This document shows, piece by piece, positions 25,612 to 35,051 of a stretch of DNA of 64,000 nt (positions within the stretch are counted from its first letter, which is position 1; the number at the start of each line of letters is the position of its first letter). The notes under the pieces are model-generated. The model worked only from the letters and a program-made list of their open reading frames with translations, did no database searches and was not told the DNA's origin. The position numbers and the translations under genes were made by a program. Source of the DNA: a virus (Duplodnaviria > Caudoviricetes); IMG/VR virus record IMGVR_UViG_3300032093_000005; one strand, given 5' to 3'.

Positions 25612-25691
25612 AGCCTCATCTTCAACCGGGACAAAGGTAGTCTAGACAAAAAAAGGGGACTTGTCAAGCCCCCTTTGAAGATGTTATAATG
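25608..25691. promoter_or_regulatory. Bidirectional sigma70 promoter element (copy B) overlapping a terminator
   Basis: - strand TTGACA-17-TAGACT; + strand TTGTCA-18-TATAAT; homologous to 63627-63710. Confidence 0.7.
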
Positions 25692-25694
25692 TGA

Positions 25695-27155
25695 TCAATT
25701 CTGAGTTACATAATACTCAACCATATCATCCCAGGTATATTGTGAAAGATCATAACCTTCCTCTACAAGACCATTCACCCACTCTTGAATTTCTTCAGCA
25801 AGTAAATAATCCTCATATTGTTCCATGATTGTACCAATTGCAGTTTCATCCATTTCCATCATAATGTAATTTGCTTCGTCTAAGGTGTCTGCATGACCCT
25901 CAGACAGCAAGTAATTTAAAACAACATCGTAAGGTTGATATGATTCTTTTGCAGTTACAGGGGTTTTATTTTGCTGTTCCAATTTTTTCTGTTGCCTTTC
26001 TTGTTCTGCCTTTAAAGCATCTTCTACTGCTTTAGTATCAATTTTTCCAGGACCTTCCGGACCACCCATCAATTCTCCCTGACGCTGCTTAGATCTGTTG
26101 CCCATTTTACGAAGTTCTTCAGCATCTTTTTCCATTTGACTTTGACCAGTGCCCCTTTGAGTGCCATCTGGGTTTAGTTTAGCAGCAAGTTCTGGTTTTG
26201 CCTTTGCCCAAGTTTTTAGTCCTAGTTCTTCTGCTTCTTTAGTTTTTCCTTGTTTAATGAGTTCTTTATACTTAGAAGTTACAGAATCAGACTTTGGTTT
26301 TGTAGGTGTTGCAGTAGATCCTCCTCCACCACCGCCAGATCCAGAAGGTGTTGCAGGTGGTTTCGGTGATGCTGTTGGTGCTGCTGGTGTTGTTGTAGCT
26401 GGTTGTGGTGATCCTGTTGGTTTTGATCCAGAACCTGCACCTCCAAGTTTTGCTCCCATATATCCAGCAAGAACACCAGTACCTCCGATTAATGCACCTT
26501 TAGCAATTCCTGGAAGTACTGCTTTTGCTTTTGAAGCAACATCCTTTACTTTTTGAGTTGCTTGACTTAGTTTTGCCTTTGAAAGTAATTCTGCAGACTG
26601 CTTACCAGTCATTGGTTTTCCACCATCAACTGGTGATTTTGTTGGACTATATCCACCAACATTTCCTTTTCTCGCTTCCTTTTGAGCAAGATTTTGTATT
26701 CTTCTTCTTGCTACTTCAGGTCTTTTGGAATTTTGAATTATATTTGCAACTTTTTTTCTTGCAGGTTTTGATGCTATTCTTCCCGCAAGTTTAATGGCAC
26801 CACCTAACAATTTATCTGCCAAACCCTCATAAATTGCAACATCAAAAAGTTCTAATTGTTCTTGAATATAATCTTCAGAAACTACACTTTCGGTAAGAAT
26901 ACTTTCATCAAAACTCAAATACTTTTCAATAATTGTTTCTTCTGAAGAATCTGCAAGAAATCCAATAATACCTTCAGCACTATATCCTTCATAAACCATT
27001 GAAGTTGAAATAGTAGCAAGAATATCCTCTACTATTTCTGCTGCTTCCGCATCATAATATTGAGAATCTTCATTCAAAAAATCTTCCTGTTGGATATTGA
27101 TTTCTTCATACAAATACCCAACAGAATTAATGAAGTCTTGCGAAATTCTAGACAT
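25695..27155 (-). CDS. Late low-complexity protein, acidic-domain paralog family
   Basis: YLLSEGHADT..EANYIM..M and WVNGLVEEGYDLSQYTWDDM motifs; TATAAATA at 27186-27193. Confidence 0.75.
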   Translation of the reverse strand: MSRISQDFINSVGYLYEEINIQQEDFLNEDSQYYDAEAAEIVEDILATISTSMVYEGYSAEGIIGFLADSSEETIIEKYLSFDESILTESVVSEDYIQEQLELFDVAIYEGLADKLLGGAIKLAGRIASKPARKKVANIIQNSKRPEVARRRIQNLAQKEARKGNVGGYSPTKSPVDGGKPMTGKQSAELLSKAKLSQATQKVKDVASKAKAVLPGIAKGALIGGTGVLAGYMGAKLGGAGSGSKPTGSPQPATTTPAAPTASPKPPATPSGSGGGGGGSTATPTKPKSDSVTSKYKELIKQGKTKEAEELGLKTWAKAKPELAAKLNPDGTQRGTGQSQMEKDAEELRKMGNRSKQRQGELMGGPEGPGKIDTKAVEDALKAEQERQQKKLEQQNKTPVTAKESYQPYDVVLNYLLSEGHADTLDEANYIMMEMDETAIGTIMEQYEDYLLAEEIQEWVNGLVEEGYDLSQYTWDDMVEYYVTQN

Positions 27156-27198
27156 GGTTATGATTTTAATACCTTTTTATAAAGATATTTATAAAAAA

Positions 27199-28743
27199 TC
27201 ACTTACCAGGAAGTGCTTTTACCCCAAGTTTCTTATTGCGAGCAGCATCATTTTGTCTTGCTTTTTGAAGTGCTTGTTGTGCTTTTACAGCATCATGCTT
27301 CTTGTATGCACCTGCAAACATAGTTCTTCCAATTCTTTCTAATGGATTAGAAGAAGTTTTAGCAAGAGATTGAGCACTTGGCCCTGCCTTATAAACTGCT
27401 TTACCATCCTTAAACGCAAGATGTCCTGCTGTTGATTGCCCACCTCTTTGAACTACACCAGTTTTAGCAAGTTGAACAGTTTTTCTTTGTGATCCAGAAC
27501 CAGTTGACATAAATGCAGGACCACCTGGTTTTTTCTGACTAAATGATGTTTGTCCACCAATACCTTTAATTGCAGTTCCTGCTTGCTTTTGACGATTTGC
27601 TGTTGCCATTGCTTTTCTTTCAACCGCATTAGCACCAGCAACAACATCAAATGCCTTAGATGCTGCCATTGCAGCACCGGTTCCTGCTGCAAGAGATCCT
27701 ACTGGAGTAAGTGGAGCGCCTGCTGCTGCACCTAAAGCACCAGCACCACCAACTACAGCAGCTTTAAGTCCTGATCTCAACCAACCAGAACCTTTTGCTC
27801 TTTCATCAGCAACATCAAGTGCTGCTGCTGCAGGTCCAAGAAGTTTTCCACCGATTCTTCCAGCTCGTTTAAGTCCTGATGGAATTTTAATTTTTGGTCC
27901 AGTAGGTGGTTTTCCTCCAGTTTGTCCAACCGCAGGAAGTGCTGGTGGTTTTCCTCCAGAACCTCCAGAAGATGTTCTGGGTGTAGACGCTTTATCATAT
28001 GCACCTCTCATCATAGCTTCTGGGGGTGCCTGTGGATTAGTTCCACGAGTTGCTAATTTGCCGGCAGGTTGCTTGGCATCGTATGCTGCTGCTCTTGCTT
28101 CTTTTGCTGCTGCTCTGTTTCTTCGCTCAGCTGCTTCAAGTTCTGGAGTAAATTCTCGCCTACCACGACTACTAGTTGATCCTGAAGCAGGTAAAGCAAG
28201 TCTTGAAGGAGTTCCAGAAAGTGTTCTATTTCCATAAGGAACTCTACTTGAAGGTGGTTCTGGAGTTCCATATTTTTTTGGCGGGTTTCCAGGAAACTGT
28301 TGCCAAGCATCAGCAGCAGCTCCTGACGGTTTTCTTGCAGGACTTGCTACTGTAGTTGTTTTTCCTTGAGGACTTACTTCTGGTTGAGTTGTTTGAGATG
28401 CAATTTTATTAGTTTGCGAAACTTCTGGTGCTGCATTTGCCGATGCTCTTGCTCTTGCACTTCTAATTGCAGGAGCTCCTGCAGATCCTCGCAATGGTTG
28501 TCTCTGTCTCCCTAAAGCAGAAGGACCACCTAATCTTTGCTTGCTTCTGTTTGGTAGACTATTATATGTATCTCTATCTAATCTATCATCCAATCTTTTT
28601 AGTGGATCATTATTACCTAAAGCAACTGATCCTGCAAGAGGGGTAGTTGCAGCTGCTAATGCTGCTGCAGCTTCAAGATCTCTTTTCTTTTTTTCATCTT
28701 CATTCAAATATGACTCTTGTAAAAACTGACTAAAAGACTTCAT
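27199..28743 (-). CDS. Late basic Ala/Gly/Pro-rich protein with a capsid-targeting-like N-terminus
   Basis: MKSFSQFLQES; glycine-zipper hydrophobic segment; TATAAATA at 28764-28771. Confidence 0.75.
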   Translation of the reverse strand: MKSFSQFLQESYLNEDEKKKRDLEAAAALAAATTPLAGSVALGNNDPLKRLDDRLDRDTYNSLPNRSKQRLGGPSALGRQRQPLRGSAGAPAIRSARARASANAAPEVSQTNKIASQTTQPEVSPQGKTTTVASPARKPSGAAADAWQQFPGNPPKKYGTPEPPSSRVPYGNRTLSGTPSRLALPASGSTSSRGRREFTPELEAAERRNRAAAKEARAAAYDAKQPAGKLATRGTNPQAPPEAMMRGAYDKASTPRTSSGGSGGKPPALPAVGQTGGKPPTGPKIKIPSGLKRAGRIGGKLLGPAAAALDVADERAKGSGWLRSGLKAAVVGGAGALGAAAGAPLTPVGSLAAGTGAAMAASKAFDVVAGANAVERKAMATANRQKQAGTAIKGIGGQTSFSQKKPGGPAFMSTGSGSQRKTVQLAKTGVVQRGGQSTAGHLAFKDGKAVYKAGPSAQSLAKTSSNPLERIGRTMFAGAYKKHDAVKAQQALQKARQNDAARNKKLGVKALPGK

Positions 28744-28763
28744 CTTCTTCTTACTTTTTTAGT

Positions 28764-28797
28764 TATTTATAAAAAAAGAGGGTTGGTTAGACCCTCT
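28764..28797 (-). terminator. Terminator fused to a late promoter
   Basis: AGAGGGT..ACCCTCT-TTTTTT-TATAAATA. Confidence 0.8.
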
Positions 28798-28820
28798 GAT
28801 AAACTATTTAAAAAATTGTA

Positions 28821-29900
28821 TCACGCACCTCTTACTTGTGAAGATGCTCCAGAACTACCCTTTTTTTCTTGCTCAATCTTTTTTCTCTCATCCTCACGCA
28901 CTTTTAAAGTTGCTCTTCTTTGCAGTTCTGCACCAGCCATATTAGCACCGAAAGAACCATAAGCTTCCACAATACTTTGTCTCCATTCTTCACTCATATT
29001 TGCCATAATGACTGCTGCTGCTTCTTCAGTTTCAGCATAACCTTCGTCAATTAGATAACCTTGAACGATATCGAATAGGTCTAAGTCCATATTCAATCTG
29101 CGCTGTCTAATTTGCTGTTGAAGATTTGGTTTTGATGTAGTAGCAGCAGGAGCAGGAGTTGTTGCCGCAGCAGGAGCAGATGTTGTAGGTCTAGTTGCAA
29201 GTGCTCCAGTACCAGTCAAGTTTGCACCTGTTGCTCTAAGTTGCTGTGCTTGTCTAAGTTCAGCAGAAGTTGGAGTTCTTCTTTCAATACCACCGACTAA
29301 TGGTTTACCTGTTGGTCCTAGTTGTGGTTTAGGAGCAGGTGCAGAAGCAGGTCTTGTAGATGTTTGTACTGCAGGTCTTGCAGGTGCAGAAGCAGGTGCT
29401 TGTGTTGCAGGTCTTGCTGGTGCTTGCACTACAGGTCTCGTAGGTGCTGGTTGTCCAGGTCTCTGGAAAATAGGAGACATTCCTGGTTGAACTGGTTTAC
29501 CTTGAATATTAAAACCACCAGGACCAATTGTAAGTCCACGAAGATTTTGTGCAGATGCAGGTCTTGTGGATGCTTGTGCCTTTTGTCTTTGAAGATATTC
29601 ACCAGTAGTAGAAACTCTTCTATTTGCTTCTACTCCACCAATTCCTTGACGCATCAATTGTTGAACTTTTGCTTTTCCACCACCGGCATCAAATGCAGTT
29701 AATTCATTCAAATATTCTTCATACATATCTTCCCAAGTATATTCACTGAGGTCATAACCTTCTTCTACAAGTGAATTTACCCAGTTCTCAAAGTCCTCTT
29801 GAACTTGCTCTTCAGTCAGTTCAACCTCTTCTTGAGGAGCATAAACATTATTATATGCTTCCATCATATTAAAAGCATCAGTTCCAGTAATTCTAGACAT
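28821..29900 (-). CDS. Late low-complexity protein, acidic-domain paralog family
   Basis: MMEAYNNVY, WVNSLVEEGYDLSEYTWEDM, DLFDIVQGYLIDEGYAETEEAAAVIMANMSEEW; APARPA repeats. Confidence 0.75.
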   Translation of the reverse strand: MSRITGTDAFNMMEAYNNVYAPQEEVELTEEQVQEDFENWVNSLVEEGYDLSEYTWEDMYEEYLNELTAFDAGGGKAKVQQLMRQGIGGVEANRRVSTTGEYLQRQKAQASTRPASAQNLRGLTIGPGGFNIQGKPVQPGMSPIFQRPGQPAPTRPVVQAPARPATQAPASAPARPAVQTSTRPASAPAPKPQLGPTGKPLVGGIERRTPTSAELRQAQQLRATGANLTGTGALATRPTTSAPAAATTPAPAATTSKPNLQQQIRQRRLNMDLDLFDIVQGYLIDEGYAETEEAAAVIMANMSEEWRQSIVEAYGSFGANMAGAELQRRATLKVREDERKKIEQEKKGSSGASSQVRGA

Positions 29901-29928
29901 TTTTTCTTTTATGATTTTTCTATAATTT

Positions 29929-29962
29929 TATTTATAAAAAAAGAGGGTCTTAACGACCCTCT
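29929..29962 (-). terminator. Terminator fused to a late promoter
   Basis: AGAGGGTC-GTTAA-GACCCTCT-TTTTTT-TATAAATA. Confidence 0.8.
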
Positions 29963-30096
29963 AACCATTCTTTCTTAAAATCATAATCACCAAACAGAAA
30001 CTCATCAGATTCTGCTGCTTCCTTATATGCGTTCAGGATTTCCTGTTCACACCATTCATCATAGTTGGAATCATCTTTGAGTATTTTAGGATTCAT
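29950..30096 (-). CDS. 48-aa acidic hypothetical protein (not in ORF track)
   Basis: MNPKILKDDSNYDEWCEQEILNAYKEAAESDEFLFGDYDFKKEWLEGR. Confidence 0.6.
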   Translation of the reverse strand: MNPKILKDDSNYDEWCEQEILNAYKEAAESDEFLFGDYDFKKEWLEGR

Positions 30097-30553
30097 TTTT
30101 TATAAATCTACCACTCTCATCTCTGGGAAGTTTTTTTCTTTTTCCTTCTGCCCAAACTTTTTTCATTGATTCACGCTTTCTTTCAATTTCCTCTGGAGTT
30201 TGTTTTCCAGGTCTTCCCATTTTATGAGCAGAGTTTGATTGCTTTTCTCTTATTTCTGGAGTTCTTTCATAAGGAGTATATAAATTTTTATATTGTTTTG
30301 GTGGTTTATCCCCACCATCAGTTTTATTTTCTAGAATTCCAGTTTTATTATTTAATCTGCCCCATTTAGAAATTAAATTAATTTCTTCATTTAATGCAGT
30401 TTCTTCATCAACATTTTGTAATGGAAAAATAACTCTTTCTGGTGGTGGAACCTCTACACTATGGGATTTTTGTTTCCACCTATCATTTTTCCCCTTACCA
30501 ACATAGTAGGGGGTTCCATCCTCTTTCAAATAAACATAAACATAATAATTCAT
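30086..30553 (-). CDS. GIY-YIG (Seg-like) homing endonuclease next to nrdB
   Basis: YYVYVYLKEDGTPYYVGKG, NKTDGGD; ATGA overlap with the nrdB stop. Confidence 0.8.
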   Translation of the reverse strand: MNYYVYVYLKEDGTPYYVGKGKNDRWKQKSHSVEVPPPERVIFPLQNVDEETALNEEINLISKWGRLNNKTGILENKTDGGDKPPKQYKNLYTPYERTPEIREKQSNSAHKMGRPGKQTPEEIERKRESMKKVWAEGKRKKLPRDESGRFIKNES

Positions 30554-31731
30554 AACTGAAATCCCGAGAAAGTGTCTTTAGTGACATCTTGTTTGATTCC
30601 ACCAACCACATAACTCTCCACTTCCGTTTCCTGGGGTGCCACTTGTAAATTTTTGGAATCAATCCAATGAGAAGTCCAAGGAAGAGGGTTATTCTTCGCA
30701 GGAATATCATAAAGTGGTTTGAGTCCAATTGCCTTCATTCTACGGTTTGCAATCCATTCGACATACTGTTGTAATAGTTTGTCATTAAGACCAATCATCG
30801 AACCATCCTTGAACAGATACTCTGCCCAAAGTTTTTCTTGGTTCACAGCGTTTTCAAAGGTCTTATAGAACCACTGCTCTTCTTCTTTACTGATACGTGC
30901 CATCTCAGGATCATCACCTTCTTTCCACTTGTTCAGAATGTTTTGAGTGATAACCAGATGCTGGTTCTCATCACGAGCAATCAGTGAGATGATCTTTGCA
31001 CTTCCTTCCATAAGCTTGAGTTCGCCAAACGCAAAACTACAAGCGAAGCTGACGTAAAAGCGAATACCTTCAAGAATATTAACGTTTGCAACTGCTCTGA
31101 ATAGTTTTCTCTTGAGTTCATACCTTGCTTCTCGTGCGTATGGTACTTGTTCTAATGCGTGAACCCACTCATTTGAATTGTCATACTGATGAGCACTATT
31201 GATGAAATCGTTGTATGCCTGAGTCACACTCACGGCACGTTCCATAATGCGGTCTTCTTTGAGAATGGTATCAAAAACTTCAGATGGGTCTGAGTAAACA
31301 TTCTTGATGATATAGGTGTATGAACGGGAATGGATCATCTCCATAAACTCCCATACCTTCATACACGCTTCCAGTTCAGGAAGTGAACAGTATGGAGCAA
31401 ATGCCATACCAGGTCCACGACCCTGAACGGAATCCAGCATTACCTGATACTTCAAGTTGCTGGTGAAGATGTGCTTTTGCTCTGGGCGTAGCATATGATA
31501 ATCACTACGATCTTTTTGAAGAGATACCTCTTCGGGTCTCCAGAAATAACCCAGTTGTTGTGTTGTTAGTTTATCAAAAATTGGATACTTGTAAGAGTCA
31601 TACCTTTGAATTCCTAATGGAGCGCCAAAAAACATTGGTTGTTTTTTAGTATCTACTTCATGAGGATTAAAAACGGTCATTGAATCGACCATTGGTTTAT
31701 CCTCCAAACCTGTTTTAAAACTAAATGTCAT
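30550..31731 (-). CDS. nrdB: Ribonucleotide reductase class Ia beta subunit
   Basis: FWRPEEV, LDSVQGR, EMIHSRSY, LEGIRFYVSFA, RDENQH, APQETE. Confidence 0.96.
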   Translation of the reverse strand: MTFSFKTGLEDKPMVDSMTVFNPHEVDTKKQPMFFGAPLGIQRYDSYKYPIFDKLTTQQLGYFWRPEEVSLQKDRSDYHMLRPEQKHIFTSNLKYQVMLDSVQGRGPGMAFAPYCSLPELEACMKVWEFMEMIHSRSYTYIIKNVYSDPSEVFDTILKEDRIMERAVSVTQAYNDFINSAHQYDNSNEWVHALEQVPYAREARYELKRKLFRAVANVNILEGIRFYVSFACSFAFGELKLMEGSAKIISLIARDENQHLVITQNILNKWKEGDDPEMARISKEEEQWFYKTFENAVNQEKLWAEYLFKDGSMIGLNDKLLQQYVEWIANRRMKAIGLKPLYDIPAKNNPLPWTSHWIDSKNLQVAPQETEVESYVVGGIKQDVTKDTFSGFQL

Positions 31732-31775
31732 AATTCTCCCTACTAAACTAACTCACACTGTAATATTTAACGAAG

Positions 31776-34070
31776 TTAAATTTTGCAACTTTCACAATCA
31801 TCATCACCACTCATAATGTCATCAAGAAGAGATTGAAGTTGTTGTTTTGGTTCTTCAACTTCGTCATTTTTCATATCGTGGGTATTTTGGTAATATGCTG
31901 TTTTCCAACCATAGCGATAACAAGTCAAAAGGTCCTGTGCCATCACTGAAGTAGGAACTTCATTATCGGCATAATTTTCTGGATTATACGACCAGTTTCC
32001 AGAAATCGCTTGATCGAAGAACTTTTGCATAACAGCAACAATATGAATATACCCACGATTGCTAGGCATATCCCACAGGAGCGTATAATTGTTCTTAAGT
32101 GATTGATACTGGGGAACAATCTGCTTGAGTGGTCCTTTCTTCGACTTCTTAATGGACAAGTATCCGCGAGGTGGTTCGATTCCATTTGTGGCATTTGACA
32201 CAACGGAACTGCTCTCCGATGGCATCTGTGCGGACAGTGTTGAGTTCCGTACCCCGTATTGTAAAACTTGTTCCCTAAGACTACTCCAATCATACTTCAA
32301 TTCGTTTGGAACGATTTCATCCACATCCTTCTTGTATGTATCAATTGGAAGAATACCTTGACCATATTTGGTGCGATGCGAATACTCACAAGCACCTTTC
32401 TCTTTTGCAAGGTTGACTGTTGCTTGAATCAGATAATACTGGAATGCCTCAGTCAAATCGTGAACAAGTTTCCAGGCACCGGGATCATCATAGTGCTCAC
32501 CATTCTTAGCAAGATAGTGTGCCAAACCAATAAAACCAATACCAAGCGAACGACGTGCTCTAGTGGCGATTTCTGCTGCTTTGACAGGATACCCCTGAAA
32601 GTCAATCAATTCGTCCAGAGAACGCACTGAGAGGTCGCAAAGAACTTCAAGATCCTCGTTATCCCTGATTTTGCCAACATTAATAGCAGAAAGGATGCAA
32701 AGAGCAATTTCACCATCAGTATCATCAATGTGTTGAAGTGGTTTAGTAGGAAGAGTAATTTCCTGACAAAGGTTACTCATCTCAACTTTATCAATGAAAG
32801 AAGAGTGGGAGTTACAGTGGTCAATATTCATAATGTAAATACGACCAGTCTCTGCACGTTCTTTCAAGAGTGAAAGAAAGAGTTCTTGAGCAGCGATAGT
32901 TTTTCTTGAAATAGACTGATCTCGTTCATAAACATTGTATAACTCATCAAATCCATCAGTGCCAAAAGCATCATACAAACCAGGAACGTCGTGCGGAGAG
33001 AAGAGTGAAATGTCTTCGTTGCGGATAAATCGTTCATAGAAGAGTTTAGAGATTTGGATACTGTAGTCTAACTTGCGAACACGATTATCTTCGGTTCCTT
33101 TATTATTTTTTAGTACTAGGATGTCTTGGATTTCTGAGTGCCAAATGGGGAAGTGAACCGTAGCTGATCCACCTCTAATGCCATTTTGAGTACAGCATCG
33201 GACAGTCGCTTCAAACTTCTTGAGGAATGGAACAACACCTGTGTGCTGCACTTCTCCACCTCTGATTTTAGAGTTGATGCCCCTGATGCGACCTGCGTTG
33301 ATACCGATGCCCGCCCTTTGTGCAACATATCTGCCAATAGCCATATCGCTAGTAAAGATACTATCGAGGGTGTCATCAACATCAACAAGGACACAGCTAG
33401 CGTATTGTCTAAGTGGTGTTCTAACTCCCGCCATGATGGGGGTTGGAATGTTGATTTTGTGCTTTGAGATTGCATCGTAATACCTTTTAACGTAGTCTAA
33501 ACGTGTTTCTTTTGGATACTTGGAAAAAATAGTTGCCGCAATCAAAAGGTACATAAACTGTGGCGTTTCATAAAGTGCTCCAGTGCTTCTGTCCTGCACG
33601 AGATACTTATCAACGACCTGACGTAGACCTGCATAAGTGAACAAATAGTCACGGCTATGATCAATGAACGACTGAAGTTTATCAAACTCTTCGTCGGTAT
33701 ACAGCAAAAGAATTTCTGGATCATACACACCACGCCCCACACAACGTTCTACATGCTGTTTGACAGTTGGGCAGTCATAGATACCACCAAACAACTGTTT
33801 ACGGAGGGCAAACAGCAGCAGACGAGCAGCAACGAACTGATAGTTGGGGTGCTCCAGATCAATCAAATCGGAAGCAGAGCGAATCAGAATCTCTTGAATC
33901 TCTGCTGTGGTGATGCCATCATAAAATTGGATACCAGACTGCATCTCAACTTGTGATGCAGATACGTTTGCGAGATCCTTACATGCCTCTTCCACCATAA
34001 CATGGAGTTTATTTAAATCAAGGGGTTCAGTTTTACCGTTCCTTTTGACGACGTTCGTTCCGTTACTCAT
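31776..34070 (-). CDS. nrdA: Ribonucleotide reductase class Ia alpha subunit
   Basis: ATP-cone VVKRNG, PTPIMAG, SCVL, SNLCQEI, MPSESSS, CESCKI. Confidence 0.97.
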   Translation of the reverse strand: MSNGTNVVKRNGKTEPLDLNKLHVMVEEACKDLANVSASQVEMQSGIQFYDGITTAEIQEILIRSASDLIDLEHPNYQFVAARLLLFALRKQLFGGIYDCPTVKQHVERCVGRGVYDPEILLLYTDEEFDKLQSFIDHSRDYLFTYAGLRQVVDKYLVQDRSTGALYETPQFMYLLIAATIFSKYPKETRLDYVKRYYDAISKHKINIPTPIMAGVRTPLRQYASCVLVDVDDTLDSIFTSDMAIGRYVAQRAGIGINAGRIRGINSKIRGGEVQHTGVVPFLKKFEATVRCCTQNGIRGGSATVHFPIWHSEIQDILVLKNNKGTEDNRVRKLDYSIQISKLFYERFIRNEDISLFSPHDVPGLYDAFGTDGFDELYNVYERDQSISRKTIAAQELFLSLLKERAETGRIYIMNIDHCNSHSSFIDKVEMSNLCQEITLPTKPLQHIDDTDGEIALCILSAINVGKIRDNEDLEVLCDLSVRSLDELIDFQGYPVKAAEIATRARRSLGIGFIGLAHYLAKNGEHYDDPGAWKLVHDLTEAFQYYLIQATVNLAKEKGACEYSHRTKYGQGILPIDTYKKDVDEIVPNELKYDWSSLREQVLQYGVRNSTLSAQMPSESSSVVSNATNGIEPPRGYLSIKKSKKGPLKQIVPQYQSLKNNYTLLWDMPSNRGYIHIVAVMQKFFDQAISGNWSYNPENYADNEVPTSVMAQDLLTCYRYGWKTAYYQNTHDMKNDEVEEPKQQLQSLLDDIMSGDDDCESCKI

Positions 34071-35038
34071 ATTTTCTTCCAGTTGTTAAACTTAATTTTT
34101 GCTTCTAAACCTGAATATGTATTTGATTTTAACACATCCATAACGTTAAGTCCAGTGAGCACCATATCATTAATGTCCTTTTGCTCAATGGATGTTGGCC
34201 AAATAATTACCTTGTCTCCTCTGTCGATAGTTTTTGATATTCGGTTGACGATTTCTCGATTGCGAGGTTCGTTATCAAAAACGTAAATATAATCGCCCCA
34301 ACCAAACGACCCAATATCAACGTCGGACCCACACATAGCAACAGCATTTTGTACAAACGTGGAGTCGAAGGGTCCCTCAACAATGTAAATGGGTTTCGAA
34401 GAATCCACTTGGTCAAGACCATAAATCTTCGGGGCATCATCAGAAAGCATCACAGTAATATATTTAACAGGGTTAGGACCTAACGCTCTTCCCTGAAAAC
34501 CAATCAAGTTACTTTCAATATCATACATTGGTATAATAATTCGACTCTCATCCCTACCAATAGTGTCGAACGTAACTTTTTGAGTGTTTGTCCACTCTTT
34601 AAATTTGTCAGCAAAATAAAACTTTTCAGGATCAAGTCTCCTTCTTTCCAAATAGTTTTTTGCTACTTGATTCTCAGATGCTTTAGGTAGATCTAATTTC
34701 TTTTTAAAAACTGGTTTGACAAACTCAAACTTAGGTTCTTCTACAACGAAGTTTTTTCCAGTGTGTCCTTCCTTAAACTTCTCCATTGTGTATTGCTTAT
34801 ACAATACTGTATCGATTTCTTTGAGGAAGTTATTAAAGGACATACTTGCACCACAGTTGTGGCACTTAAAATTAGTATTGTTCTTTACAGGATACAAGTA
34901 TCCCCTCGTCTTGTTCTTGTTCTTCTGGGAGTCCCCACAGATAGGGCAGCGGAAGTTGTAAAGATCCGACTTGACCCTTTTAAATTTTTGCAAGCGTGAT
35001 GAAACAAGTCCAATGTACTTGGAGTCAACAAAATCCAT
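34067..35038 (-). CDS. DNA primase (gp61)
   Basis: CPICGDS zinc finger, CHNCG, IVEGPFDS TOPRIM, KDIND. Confidence 0.95.
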   Translation of the reverse strand: MDFVDSKYIGLVSSRLQKFKRVKSDLYNFRCPICGDSQKNKNKTRGYLYPVKNNTNFKCHNCGASMSFNNFLKEIDTVLYKQYTMEKFKEGHTGKNFVVEEPKFEFVKPVFKKKLDLPKASENQVAKNYLERRRLDPEKFYFADKFKEWTNTQKVTFDTIGRDESRIIIPMYDIESNLIGFQGRALGPNPVKYITVMLSDDAPKIYGLDQVDSSKPIYIVEGPFDSTFVQNAVAMCGSDVDIGSFGWGDYIYVFDNEPRNREIVNRISKTIDRGDKVIIWPTSIEQKDINDMVLTGLNVMDVLKSNTYSGLEAKIKFNNWKKI

Positions 35039-35051
35039 TATGAAGGGGGTA

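Noticed and set aside
28821-29900. Possible CRISPR-like or DNA repeat array in the GCAGG-rich stretch
   Set aside because: Degenerate in-frame APARPA coding repeats with no constant repeat-spacer structure
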